A stretch of DNA of 64,000 nt from the NCBI GenBank assembly GCA_012799455.1, contig JAAZLE010000096.1, positions 15,479 through 79,478 on the forward strand. The letters are read 5' to 3'. The DNA comes from Clostridiales bacterium. GTDB taxonomy: Bacteria; Bacillota; Clostridia; Christensenellales; DTU072. The notes below the pieces were generated by a model. The model had not been told where the DNA came from and did not search any database. It worked only from the letters and a program-made list of their open reading frames with translations. The position numbers and the translations under genes were made by a program. Positions 27,226 through 38,900 of this stretch are shown here, one piece after another; the first letter of the stretch is position 1, and every line of letters starts with the position of its first letter.

Positions 27226-27301
27226 AGGGGAGTGGCTCAATTGGTAGAGCATCGGTCTCCAAAACCGACGGTTGCGTGTTCGAGTCGCGTCTCCCCTGCC
27301 A
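27226..27301 (+). tRNA. trnW: tRNA-Trp (anticodon CCA), CCA end encoded
   Basis: Manual cloverleaf: acceptor AGGGGAG/CTCCCCT, D arm GCTC/GAGC, anticodon stem TCGGT/ACCGA with loop CTCCAAA, 5-nt variable loop, T arm GCGTG-TTCGAGT-CGCGT, discriminator G and CCA. 76 nt in total. Confidence 0.97.
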
Positions 27302-27404
27302 AGACGTTTGCTACGCAATCTTGCTGTGGACCTTTTATTTATCAAATTATAACATTTTGATATGTTAATAACAGCATATTGTAAAGGAATTAAAATTGGT
27401 TAAG

Positions 27405-27440
27405 ATAAAAAAGCGAGCAGGTATTCTGCTCGCTTCGCTT
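27405..27440. terminator. Bidirectional rho-independent terminator (ends ispH-rpsA on the - strand and tRNA-Trp on the + strand)
   Basis: A 10-bp stem, AAGCGAGCAG (27411-27420) with CTGCTCGCTT (27426-27435), and a 5-nt loop. An A-run lies upstream (a T-run on the - strand) and TTCGCTTTT lies downstream. Confidence 0.7.
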
Positions 27441-27444
27441 TTAA

Positions 27445-29730
27445 TTAATTTTTATTTTCTTTATCTTGCAGTTGTTTAATTAATTTTTGAGCCTGTTCGG
27501 TGTCACCAAATGTTGCACCAGTAGTTATGCTTGATATATAACTACTATTAGAATCATTAGAGACCTCTTTTTTCCTAGGTTTAGTCTTTGATTTAGAGTC
27601 TTCTTTATTATCCTTTATAGAATCTTTAGCAGTTTTAGCTTTTACTACTATATTTTCGTCAAATACTGGCTTTTCAATTAGTGCTTTAATACTTAAGCTA
27701 ACTTTATTATCATCATACTTCATAACCTTTGCTTTAACTGTATCGCCAACTTTAAGGAAATCATCTATGTTCTCTACCCTTTGATGTGCAATTTGAGATA
27801 TATGAACTAAACCGTCGATGTTTTCTCCCATGGATATAAACGCACCAAACGGCATAATCCTCTCTACTTTTCCTTCTACTGTAGAACCAACAGGATATTT
27901 TTCTGCAATAATGTCAATAGGTGCTTTTTGTAGTTGTCTGAAACCTAATGAAACTTTGTTTTTGGTTCTGTCTGCTTCTAATATAACGAAATCATACTCT
28001 TTACCTTTTTCAAGAACTTCAGATGGATCGGTGATGCGTTCCCAACTTAATTCAGAAATATGTGCTAAACAATCATGCCCATTAACTGAAACAAAGGCAC
28101 CAAATACGTGGTTGTCTTTAATACCATATCTAACAACGGTTCCTTTGACAACATTCCCCACAATTGCGATATCATTCCAAAAAACATCTTCTTTTTCTTG
28201 TAAAATTGCTTTTTGTCCCGCATGTAATATTTTTTTTGACTTTATACGTTTCTTTGTACCTTCTTCACCTTCAGTTTCTTCCATTGGCGGTAATAATCTT
28301 AAATTCAAAGTTTTACCAACATATTGTTTGAGGTTTTTAACCATATATAGTTGTATTTGACTTTTGGGTACAAAAACTTTATATCTTCCAACTTCGCAAA
28401 CTAATTTAGTTTCATTACGATTTATGCCTGTACACTTAATTTCAACGTCATGGCCCTGTTTGAGTAATTTAATTTTTTCTTCTTCTTTAATTATTTCTGC
28501 ACATTTAATTTGAGAAAATTCTACTTGATGTTTTTGTTCAGGGTTGATCACATACGCGAGAATATCGTCCCCTTCTTTAATATTACTATCGGGGCTAATC
28601 TCATTTTTTTCTATTATTCCAAAATCATTTTTTATGTTAGCATCACCCCAAGAAACTTGCAATCTACCTTCATCATCTATTGCCACAACATGGACTTCCA
28701 TGATGTCCCCTTTATTATTTTTTTTGGGTTTTTTAAAATCAGGCATAGAATCCATAACTTCATCCATAAATGTATTTTGTTGATCTAAAACGGTTTCTTC
28801 ACTTGTAATATCAGCGCCTACATTGTCAACATTCTTGTTTTCATCTATATCAATAACTTCGATATTTGATTTTTCTTCTTTCATTAATGCTATAACCTCC
28901 AAAACCAACTCGACAGGAGTTGATGCTCCGGTAATGATACCGATATTTTTATTATTTATTATTTTTTTCAAACTTTTAGTTAATTCTATTAAATTTGAAA
29001 TGTAATAAACTTTGTCACAATTTGCTTTTGCTGTTTTATAAAGCTCTAACGTATTGTTGCTTTCTTTATCGCCTAGTACTATCATTACATCTGATAAGGA
29101 TAAGACTTCACGACAACTATCTCTTCTTGCTAAAGTAGTATAACAAATGCTATTAAATATATCAACTAATTTATTCTCTTTTATCGCAATAGATTGCAAT
29201 TTGTTTACTATCGAAGTGAAGTTCATTGTTGAAAATGTTGTTTGAAAAACAACATAGAATTTGTCTGAATAATCTAAATACGAAAAGTCATTTATATCGT
29301 CAATCACAATGGCATTCTTCGCCATTGAAGCAATTCCTCTTACTTCTGGATGGCTCGTATCTCCGTATATAATAACTTGAAAGCCATTGTTGCTATATTG
29401 TAGTACTTTTTTACGTATTATTTTAACTGACGAACAGGTAGCATCTATAAAAAAACATTTTTTTTCTCTTAATTTTTCAATTACAGATAACTCGCAACCA
29501 TGAGCTCTTAGTAATACTTTAGAATTATTAGGTATTTCTTCTACAGTACTAACTGTTTTTAATCCTGTTTTTTCAAGTTGTGATATTACATTCTCATTAT
29601 GTATTATAGGCCCTATACTATATAGAGGTATATTATTATGATTGTTTAGAGTTGCTTTTGCAAGAGAAATTGCTTTTGCAACACCTGAACAAAACCCAAT
29701 AGATCGTCCACTAATTATAATTTTGCACAT
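27445..29730 (-). CDS. ispH: Fusion of 4-hydroxy-3-methylbut-2-enyl diphosphate reductase (IspH/LytB) with a ribosomal protein S1-like region (four S1 domains)
   Basis: The N-terminal ~285 aa are LytB-like (GFCSGVAKAI...IHNENV...GASTP). The C-terminal half has repeated S1 motifs (GTVVRYGIKDNHVFGAFVSV, GKVERIMPFGAFISM...GLVHISQI). It follows cmk, as rpsA does in Firmicutes. Confidence 0.9.
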   Translation of the reverse strand: MCKIIISGRSIGFCSGVAKAISLAKATLNNHNNIPLYSIGPIIHNENVISQLEKTGLKTVSTVEEIPNNSKVLLRAHGCELSVIEKLREKKCFFIDATCSSVKIIRKKVLQYSNNGFQVIIYGDTSHPEVRGIASMAKNAIVIDDINDFSYLDYSDKFYVVFQTTFSTMNFTSIVNKLQSIAIKENKLVDIFNSICYTTLARRDSCREVLSLSDVMIVLGDKESNNTLELYKTAKANCDKVYYISNLIELTKSLKKIINNKNIGIITGASTPVELVLEVIALMKEEKSNIEVIDIDENKNVDNVGADITSEETVLDQQNTFMDEVMDSMPDFKKPKKNNKGDIMEVHVVAIDDEGRLQVSWGDANIKNDFGIIEKNEISPDSNIKEGDDILAYVINPEQKHQVEFSQIKCAEIIKEEEKIKLLKQGHDVEIKCTGINRNETKLVCEVGRYKVFVPKSQIQLYMVKNLKQYVGKTLNLRLLPPMEETEGEEGTKKRIKSKKILHAGQKAILQEKEDVFWNDIAIVGNVVKGTVVRYGIKDNHVFGAFVSVNGHDCLAHISELSWERITDPSEVLEKGKEYDFVILEADRTKNKVSLGFRQLQKAPIDIIAEKYPVGSTVEGKVERIMPFGAFISMGENIDGLVHISQIAHQRVENIDDFLKVGDTVKAKVMKYDDNKVSLSIKALIEKPVFDENIVVKAKTAKDSIKDNKEDSKSKTKPRKKEVSNDSNSSYISSITTGATFGDTEQAQKLIKQLQDKENKN

Positions 29731-30386
29731 AATTTTTCAATCTTTGTAACGACTTCTTCTATACTTAAGTTGCTTGTATCAATTAACATAGCATCTTCAG
29801 CGCGTACTAATGGAGCGAATTCACGAGTCATATCTTGATGGTCTCGAATTATAATTTCTTTTAAAATTGTCTCAAAATTATCGGAAGCCCCACTTTCCAT
29901 AAGCTCTTTATTACGCCTATGTGCCCTAATTTCAGGGGAGGCAGTTAGATAAATTTTAATATTAGCATGCGGTAACACATAACTTCCTATATCTCTCCCA
30001 TCTAAAACACAATTGAATTTTGCGGCAATCTCACGTTGAATTGTAACAAGTTTCTTCCTCACAACAAGGTTTTTTGAAATGGTAGATGCTGCCATGCTAA
30101 TTTCATTTGTACGTATTTTCCCTGTTACATCTACTCCGTTTATATACACAAATTGTGTATGGTCAAGGTATTTAATTTCCATATTAATATCATCAATTTT
30201 TTTATTTATTTTTTCATTTTCATTTGGCTGAATGCCATGTTTTATAAAAAAGTAAGCTATTGCTCGGTACATAGCACCCGTGTCAAGATATATTAAATTC
30301 ATTTTATTTGCTAATATTTTTGCAACAGTGCTTTTGCCAGATCCCGCAGGTCCGTCTATTGCTATGTTAATAACGTTGTTTGTCAT
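29715..30386 (-). CDS. cmk: Cytidylate kinase
   Basis: IAIDGPAGSGKST P-loop and a typical CMP-binding region. The ATG at 30386 is preceded by GAGGGGG; the ORF-track start at 30404 contains that SD. Confidence 0.95.
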   Translation of the reverse strand: MTNNVINIAIDGPAGSGKSTVAKILANKMNLIYLDTGAMYRAIAYFFIKHGIQPNENEKINKKIDDINMEIKYLDHTQFVYINGVDVTGKIRTNEISMAASTISKNLVVRKKLVTIQREIAAKFNCVLDGRDIGSYVLPHANIKIYLTASPEIRAHRRNKELMESGASDNFETILKEIIIRDHQDMTREFAPLVRAEDAMLIDTSNLSIEEVVTKIEKLCAKL

Positions 30387-30387
30387 A

Positions 30388-31472
30388 TCATTTGTCCCCC
30401 TCATTAATTAAATATTTACATACACCTTTACCAGCCGCGAATCCTGAAGAAAATGCGAACTGTAAATTATATCCACCTGTAAGTGCATCAACGTCGATAA
30501 TCTCTCCTGCAAAAAATAAATTATTGATAGCTTTATATTGCATGGTTTTTGGGTTGATTTGTGTGGTTTCAACTCCGCCTGCAGTAACAACTGCTCGCTC
30601 TGTATCTAAAGACAAAATTTCATACTCAACATTTTTAAGCGTTGTAACAAGGCGAAGAATTTCATCTTTACTTAAATCAGCAATCGTTTTGGTGGGTTGA
30701 ATATTTGACTCTTTTAATATTTTACCAGTCATTCGCCTAGCTGTGAGTTTAGGTATAATAGTTTGTGCTTGTTGTCTTCCATAAAGATGCATAAAGTCTT
30801 TAATTTTATTTTTTAAAACATCCTCACTTAACGTAGGTTTTAAATCTATTGAAGCAAATAATGTTTCATTAAGTATATTACGGTTGATGCGAGAGGATAA
30901 GCTTAAAACAATTGGGCCAGAAATACCATTTGTTGTAAAAAGCATCTCGCCAAAATCAGAAACAATTATTTCACCTTTCATGTTTTTAATAGACAGCATT
31001 ACGTTTTTAAGAGACAAGCCGTTAGGAAGAGCGATATTACCACAGTTCAATAACATACTTGTTAAAGCAGGAACAGGACTAACAATTTCAACACAACGAT
31101 TAACTCATTGTAAATGACATCTATTACATCGGAACTTTTATTTGTTTTAGGAAACATCCTTCCACCCCGCTCCTCTATTATATCAAGACCATGTGATTCA
31201 AAAAAACTCACAGTATCTTTGTATGTGAACTGAGAAAATATACTATAAGTAAACTTGGGGTTTGAAACAATTTTAGATATAGGGTTATTGGTATTAGTCA
31301 AATTGCAACGGCCTTTGCCAGTAATATATAGTTTCCTTCCAATCTTATGGTTTCTTTCAATTAAGATTACTTCAATATAAGGGCAGACTTCTTTAATTGA
31401 TAAAGCGGCAAATGTTCCCGCAGCCCCCCCTCCTATAACAACGACTTTATGGATATTATTGTTATTGTGCAT
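30388..31472 (-). pseudogene. HI0933/BaiN-like FAD-dependent flavoprotein split by a single frameshift
   Basis: The N-terminal ORF (31062-31472) has VVVIGGGAAGTFAA and ITGKGRCNLTN. The C-terminal ORF (30388-31056) has GEMLFTTNGISGPIVL and FFAGEIIDVDALTGGYNLQFAFSSG. The second frame is already open from 31104 (VNRCVEIVSPVPALTS...), so one indel between 31065 and 31104 joins the halves. Confidence 0.6.
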
Positions 31473-31480
31473 AATGTCAA

Positions 31481-32236
31481 TTAGTTCCTCTTAGGCAATA
31501 ATATTTTTCGTTTTAATGATTCTAATGTTCTAAAATCGGTTGAGTTATAGCAAATAGGTGTAATTGTTGTATAACCTTTACTTAGCCAAACAACATCAGT
31601 ATCAATATCATTTTCTATCGGGATAGGATTGCCGACTAAGGTGCATGAAAACCCGTCTTGTACATTATGGTCTATTAGATAAATATCACAAAACTGACGT
31701 TTTCCTAATTTGCATATTACTTTACCAATATTACCGATAGCCTCATTATTAATGTTAATATTAAGCGCATATTTGGAGGAAGATAATGATATATAATAAT
31801 CAAAATCTTTCAAAAAGGTATCAACTACATAATCAAATTGTTCCTCACAAGCTTTAGTAGATATCGCTAAAGAAGGTATGTTATTTAAACTCCCTTCAAT
31901 TGCTGCATTTGCAGTCCCAGAGTAAAAGACATCTGTGCCAATATTAAAATCAGTGTTAATACCTGATATTATTAATTCAGGTCTTATAGTTGCAAATAGT
32001 TCTACCCCTATTTTTACGCAGTCAGAAGGAGTTCCAGTAACTGAATAGCAAAGATATGGATAACCCGTAATCTCTCTTATAAAAATAGGCTTATGAAACG
32101 TTACCGCAGCCGACATTCCACTATTACATTTATGTGGCGCTACAACTCGCACTTCATGTTTTTTTGCTAGTATGGAAGCAAGCTTAACGAGACCTGGGCA
32201 GCTATAGCCATCATCATTAACCATTAAAATTCGCAT
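31481..32236 (-). CDS. surE: 5'/3'-nucleotidase SurE
   Basis: MRILMVNDDGYSCPGL N-terminal signature plus GINTDFNIG and YSGTANAA motifs. Confidence 0.93.
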   Translation of the reverse strand: MRILMVNDDGYSCPGLVKLASILAKKHEVRVVAPHKCNSGMSAAVTFHKPIFIREITGYPYLCYSVTGTPSDCVKIGVELFATIRPELIISGINTDFNIGTDVFYSGTANAAIEGSLNNIPSLAISTKACEEQFDYVVDTFLKDFDYYISLSSSKYALNININNEAIGNIGKVICKLGKRQFCDIYLIDHNVQDGFSCTLVGNPIPIENDIDTDVVWLSKGYTTITPICYNSTDFRTLESLKRKILLPKRN

Positions 32237-32963
32237 TATTATCTCCTTTTATATAGTTGTTGAGAAGTTTAATTTCATCTTTAGTAAGACTGCGATATTT
32301 TCCTCTAGATACATTCGATAACATAAGAGGACCAAAGCTTACACGTTTCAACTGCCGAACATTCTTATTTAGTGAGTTAAACATTTTGTGAATTTGTCTG
32401 TTTTTACCTTCTTTAATTGTTATTTCTATTCTTGTATAAGCATTTGATTTGTCTATAATTTTAAAAGTAGCAGGTTTTGTTTTGTAATTGTTGTCTATGA
32501 GTACTCCATCTCGTAAAAGCTGTAATTCTTTTTCTGATATAATCCCATCAATTTTTGCTATATATTTTTTTGGAACTTCAAATGTCGGGTGAGATAACTT
32601 ATGTGTTATCTCTCCGTTATTTGTTAATATTAAAAGTCCTGAAGTATTATAATCTAGTCTGCCAATAGAAAAAAGCCTATATGGAAGATCTATAAAATCA
32701 TATATAGTCTTCCTACCTTTTTCATCATTTGCAGAACAAACACAACCTTTGGGCTTATTAAACATTAAATAAATATGTTTTTGATCTGTCGGAGTTTGTA
32801 AAACAGTATTATTAACAAGAATTATGTCGTGGTCTGCATTTACTTTAACGCCGAGTTCTAAAACCGTCTTACCGTTAACTTTTACGTTTCCATTTGTTAT
32901 TAATTCATCTGCTTTTCTACGTGAGCAATACCCGCTTGTAGAAATGTATTTATTTAATCTCAT
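32217..32963 (-). CDS. rluB: RsuA/RluB-family 23S rRNA pseudouridine synthase with S4 domain
   Basis: N-terminal S4 domain (MRLNKYISTSGYCSRRKADELI) and catalytic GRLDYNTSGLLILTN. Confidence 0.9.
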   Translation of the reverse strand: MRLNKYISTSGYCSRRKADELITNGNVKVNGKTVLELGVKVNADHDIILVNNTVLQTPTDQKHIYLMFNKPKGCVCSANDEKGRKTIYDFIDLPYRLFSIGRLDYNTSGLLILTNNGEITHKLSHPTFEVPKKYIAKIDGIISEKELQLLRDGVLIDNNYKTKPATFKIIDKSNAYTRIEITIKEGKNRQIHKMFNSLNKNVRQLKRVSFGPLMLSNVSRGKYRSLTKDEIKLLNNYIKGDNNANFNG

Positions 32964-32971
32964 TAGTGTTG

Positions 32972-35900
32972 TTATTTCCTTTTTGAATGTTTTTTCGAGA
33001 AGGCTTTTAACATAGATCTTCTACTCAGGATAGAGATTAATACAATTAAAACTATAACACCAGCAATGGACCCAATAATGATATACATCATATTGTTTTC
33101 TGTAGGACTGGTTGGTTTTTCATAGATAATTTCATACTCTTCCGTAATATATTCGTATTCATAATTAGAGTCAATACCCCCGCTAGGTTGAGCTATATTT
33201 GTACCTACTTGCGAGTTTGATAAACTGAGCGAAGGAAGCCCTAATAAATCTTCTTCTGAGTCACCAGGTAAAAAACCTTCATAATGTAATGTATAAGCAG
33301 GTTTTTGTCCTGCAGGTGTAGATTTGTCGATAACTGGGATAACTTTCAAAACAGCTTTTTTTACTCTAATAGATATTGAACTAGTTCCAGCAATATAATA
33401 ACTATCGTTGGATACGCCAACATTTATAAAGTATTGCGCAGCATCAATTATTTGGGTTTGTGTAAATGGTTGATTATCTTTTCGTATTTGTAATATGGGG
33501 TAACAAGTATCATTGGGGGCAATTCCTTGTATAGATATGCCTAGTTCTGGAATTTTATCTCTCCCATTATATATAAACTCTTCCACTATGTTTCCTTCGG
33601 TATCTTTTGGTTTTAGGTCAAAAACTATACGTACCTGTTTTTGTGAAATTTTAATTTCTCTTGTAACTTCTGTAGAGATATAATTACTGAACGGATTTAA
33701 TTCTGTTTGTGCCGGAGCCTGATATTTAGCAATTACCGTATGGTAGCCAGCCTTCGGATATAATGGCAACAATCCGTTTTCTTCAGCGAACGAATAAGAA
33801 ACTTCTAAAGCTTCATCTAAACCTTCTGCAATTGCTCGTGCTGTAAATTCCTGAAAACAAGTTCCATATTCTTGATAAGAATTACCATCTAAAACTATAG
33901 TTGGTTTTACTTTTTTAATCTCTAGTTCTGTAGTAGGTCCTCTTAAAGTATATCCAGAATCATTTGTTATTTCAGAAGATACTATATAGATACCTGCATT
34001 TTTAGGTGGTGTGCTTGATTTTGCGTAAAAAACACCTTCTTTTCCTTGGTAGTATACTTTAATGTTTACGGTAGTATTGTAACCATCTAGATCGCTGTTT
34101 GTGCTACCTGGAACGATAATTTCATTATTAAGTTTTAAAGTTGCGCCTGGTATATAATATTCTACTTCAGGAGACACTACGACAGGATTATTATTAAAAT
34201 GTGTAGGGTTAGGTTTGTTAAATTTAATTCTTGCTAATGACAAGATTCGCGCTTCTATTTCAAAACTCTCATTTGCAAGAATATAATTAGAACTTTGCGA
34301 TCCTCCAGATATAGATATGTTCTTAACTATAACTTTTGCATTTGGATCATCTGGCAGGAATGTGTTTAGTTCAGCTGCATATGAAATATTGACAAGCCCT
34401 ATGTCCTTTTCCAGCAGTCCATATAAAATAAAATGTTCATTGGTTATATGTGCTAATGTAGTACTATCTGCAGGTTTTCTAAAAACAACACCACTCGGAA
34501 TTATCTCAATAGTTTTTTGCTTGATGATGAAAGAAGAAGTAAAACTGTCGGCATCGTTGAACACGACATCTTCTTCATTTGAATGATAAATAATATCGTA
34601 GTTCTTTATATTTGCGTTTTCGTTTAGAGCTAGCTTAACTACATAGTTGCCAGCATCTTTAATATTTGAATTACAAACAATAGATTCACTCGAGTCACTA
34701 TACACAACACGAAGAGACAAATTAAGTAATGTAGGAGAGTCAGAGCCAACAAATGAGTACTCGGTATTTTTATATTTGCCGTAATTTATATGAAATTGAA
34801 CATTTGTATTGCCTTGATATAGAACGGTTTCAGTACCATGATAATTTGATATTATTGTAGGACTTTCGCCATAATAAATTGAAGGTTCAGTTTCTGTTGT
34901 TATGCGGGATAGTGTAATTGGCATTTTAACCTTATCAATTCTACCATTTTCACATATAACAAAGGGATCTGGGAGCGTGAAATTATTTACAGAGTCGGCA
35001 TTTACACTAAAATAAACTTTAATTTTTTTGTTAATACCTGCATCTGAATCTGCCTCTCCTTCTGTTGTTGAAATAAACATGCCAGACACATTAAATCCTC
35101 TATTAAATAGCTCTTGGTTTTTAGATGATAGCAGAGCTCTGCTTTCAGGTTTTAGAGAAATTTTCCTTTGGTCAATTCTATTATTACCGTCATATATTTT
35201 GCTATTACTATAAGCAATGTCTATATCAGCAATATCGACCACATATTTTTCAATCATTAAAACTGCAGAGGTTTTTAATACAGTTATATCATTAAATTCG
35301 TATAATTGTAAGCGATAGTTTTTGGCTTCTTCGCCTATAAAGGTATATGTAATTTGATATCCTCCAGGAATATAGTTCTCACCTAATTGCCTAGTACACT
35401 TAATTAAGTCGCTCCATACAAAATTCTCAGGATTAGCATTATAAGCGTTTTGAAGAGTCGTTGGTAAATCAGAAATTTTAACCTTAAAATTACTATCGCT
35501 ATAAAAATCCGGATCAGCTTCTCCGTATACTTTAATAAAATCTTTAATTTGTAAGGTTACAGGTCTGCCTACTATTATATATTTATTTTTCCCACCAGAA
35601 TTGTTCGTTCCACTAATTTTAAATGAAATGTTTTCATTTGTTTCATAAATCCCAATTATGTCGTATATTCCTGCATCTGGAGATTCTCCACCAGTTCTTG
35701 AGTAAGTAAGATCTACAGATACTGTTGTTAATGGCATGACAACATTGATTGTTTCTGTAGGAGTTAGCGGTTGAATTCCTTCTGTCCACTCATCCCACTG
35801 AATTGTAAACTGTTTCGGTGTTATGTTATAAATGCGCTCGATAATTTCAAATCTAAAAACTGCCCCAACATCATCTGTCGCGCTTAAGTTTACTGAAACA

Positions 35901-38900
35901 TTATAGTTTAAACTTCCAGTATAACTATGTCCAGTATAGTAGTAAGTACCAACATTTTCTCCGGGAGTGCGAATAAGAACTGTACTAATATAACCATCTT
36001 CTCCTAGCCCTGTTGTTTTAACAGTAAGGTCACTTACCTCATCAAGTTCGCCATATGTTTTTGTTATGTTTATGGGAACTAAGGTTATATAATACGGTGT
36101 TACATTAAAAATCTTGGTATCAAGCACGTTTTCACTCGTATATATGTAATAATTGCTATTATTAGATATGGTTGCTTTTACTTTATACTGCCCGCAGTTT
36201 TTATAACTGGTTTGTGAGCCTGGGGTGTAGTATGTAACTTCTGTATTGTCTAGACTAATGCTTTTATCTAGGTACGATTCGACATGGGCTAACAAATTAA
36301 TCGTTTCTCCTTCTATTATGCCTGAAGGCTCAGAAGATAATTCAGAAACATAACCATCTCCTCCGGTTAGTGCTACGGGTATCTCGCTACTCGATGCGCC
36401 CGTGTACTGAATGTTCTCGCTTAAATTAAAGGTGATTTGAACTGGTCTCGGTTTAATTTTGAAGTGTCTTTCTAAGACACTATCAAATTCAGGATTTTCT
36501 ACTTCTGTGATTAAAACATAATTTTTTTCTGTATTTGCGAGATTTATTGTAATTCTATAGTTGTCAGATACAGTGTAAGCTGTATCTACTTTTTGTAGTC
36601 CATTATATACTTGCTTGTCAACTCGAGGTTCATCTCCAGTAATGTATGAAAATCCTGGTCTATAGGAATATCTTATTGCGTCTGCAATGTTTTGATTTGC
36701 ACCTCCATACGTAAATTCTTTATTGTTCTCCAATGGAAGTTCATTATATGTTAAGTACAATTTTAAAGGTTTTGGCGTGATTTCAAATCTCACAATATTA
36801 GGTTCTGTGCTCAATATTTTATAGTTGTTATTGTTCGAATGGGCGGTTACGGTGTAAACTCCAGCTTGCGATACAGAAGTTGTATTTATACCAGTGGTGC
36901 TAGTATATTGCAATCTAGTAATGTTTTCAATGGTATCTGTACCTAATGGCCCATATCCCGGCTTAGCTGAATATTGAATATGTTGAGCAGATTTATTATA
37001 TATTCTTGTATTGTCTTGGCTAAATGAGATAATTAAGTCCTTTGGTTTAACAATGTAGTTTAGTATGTTACAGTTTTGGGCAGTTGTATTTGGTAGGTTA
37101 CTGCTGGTAATTAAGTAATTTGTAAAACTTTCGGAACCACTATTCCCTGTAAGAGTTACAGTTGTTTGATAAGTTCCAGCATTAAATATTTGCCCAGTAG
37201 GAATCCTGTTTGTTGGAGGTCCATACAAATGATCTTGTTTTAAAGATACTAATCCGGAATCAGGTTCCGCTAGAGGTTTGTTTGTATCAAACTGCACACC
37301 GATAGAAAGAGGCTCATTAATGAAAGTTAGGTTTGAATATGAAGAAAACAGTATGCCTAATTCGCGTTTTAGAATATTGAATGTCCTTGTTCTGTTTGCT
37401 TCAATGGGCATTCTATAGTTTTCTTCTGTGAATTTTATGATAACTTTATAGTTTCCAGCTGCCTTAGGGTCTAAACAAAGAGAAGATGTTGTAGTGTCAT
37501 AAAAATCATAATAAATTGTAGGAGATTGATCTCCACTTATTACCCCAGATAAAGTAGCACTGATGTCAGTTTTCTTAGACTGAGCATTATAAATCAAGGT
37601 CTGGGGAATGGATATATTTACATTAAGTAATTTTTTTGTAATTGTAAAGGTTGTAGTAATGTTGTCTTTAAAATTACCTTTACCAACAATTTGCACGCTG
37701 GCAGCTGCATTGCCAGCATTAATATTGTTTGAGTATGTCAGTGAATAGTCCCTATCTTTTATTAATAAGACTCCTCTATATCTAATGCTTGGAAGTGGTT
37801 CTTTCGCAGAAAAACTATATTCTTGATCAGGAATTGCGTCAATGGTTAAATGCTGCTCCCCGTTAATACTACGTGCAGTAATGCTAACAGTTCTTTGCTC
37901 AAAAGTAGTTTTAACTTTGTATGAAGGATTAGATACACCACAGATTAATGTGTATGAACCGACATTTATAACAGCAGAATCTCCCCAGTTTTTAGTTACA
38001 TTAACCGTATCGCCCGAGACAATCTCAGAAGTTGTAACATTTACAATGACACTATCTTTTTTGCTATATGAGTCATATATGAATGATAGCGTCCCATAAG
38101 TTAGGGAAACTTCTTTGGGTATGACTTCTATTTCTTGAGAGTTCGTGTTAGTATTTATTGTGTAGTTAGTTGTTAAATATCGATAGTTTCCTTCTGTTCC
38201 ATTTTTGATAAATGCAGTTGCGTCGTATTTTCCAACGGTTCGAACTTCCGTGATAGGAGTGTTGTTTTTGTCTTTGTAACTTAGTCCAAGATATTCTGAG
38301 GTGAGTTCCGTGTTGAGTGTTGAAACATTGACTTTTAGTCCATCGGCGGAGCCAATGTAATTCCCGCCATTGTATGTAAGAGGTTGAACCGAGGAATTTG
38401 TTCCTGTCGTAAAAAACACATCAACGTTCCACGGGTTTATGATAATTCCTGTGATGGTAATTTGTGAAGTATTATAAATGTAATAATTGTTTCTTCCTTC
38501 CGTTTCTGTTTTGATTGCGGTTGCAGAATAAGTTCCAGCATTTCTTAATTCAGAAACAATAACATTATTAGCATTTTTGTATTCAGCGGTAATGGAAACT
38601 GTGTCTCTCGCGTATATTTCAGACTGTGCATTTTCAATTGAACATTGGAATGCATGAGGGTTTTTATCAAAGGTAAAGATCTTATTTGAAGGCCAAAGAA
38701 CTTTTATGGCTTTTGGCGTTATGCCGAAACTGATACTATAGCTATTTATAATATTTTGGTCTTCGGGAAGTCTATAATTAGCGACGTCTTCTCCTGATAG
38801 TGAGCCAACTCTAGTATGGTAAGTACCTACATCTATGCACTCAAAAGGATCGTTTGAGGTGCTGTTCTTAAACGTTAGAGAAGAAACATTAACGATGTCG

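Noticed and set aside
27167-27262. 32-codon N-terminal extension of the proC ORF in the track (start at 27262)
   Set aside because: The extension runs antisense through the tRNA-Trp gene. The internal ATG at 27166 has an AAAGGAG SD and opens directly with the GFIGAGNMG Rossmann motif.
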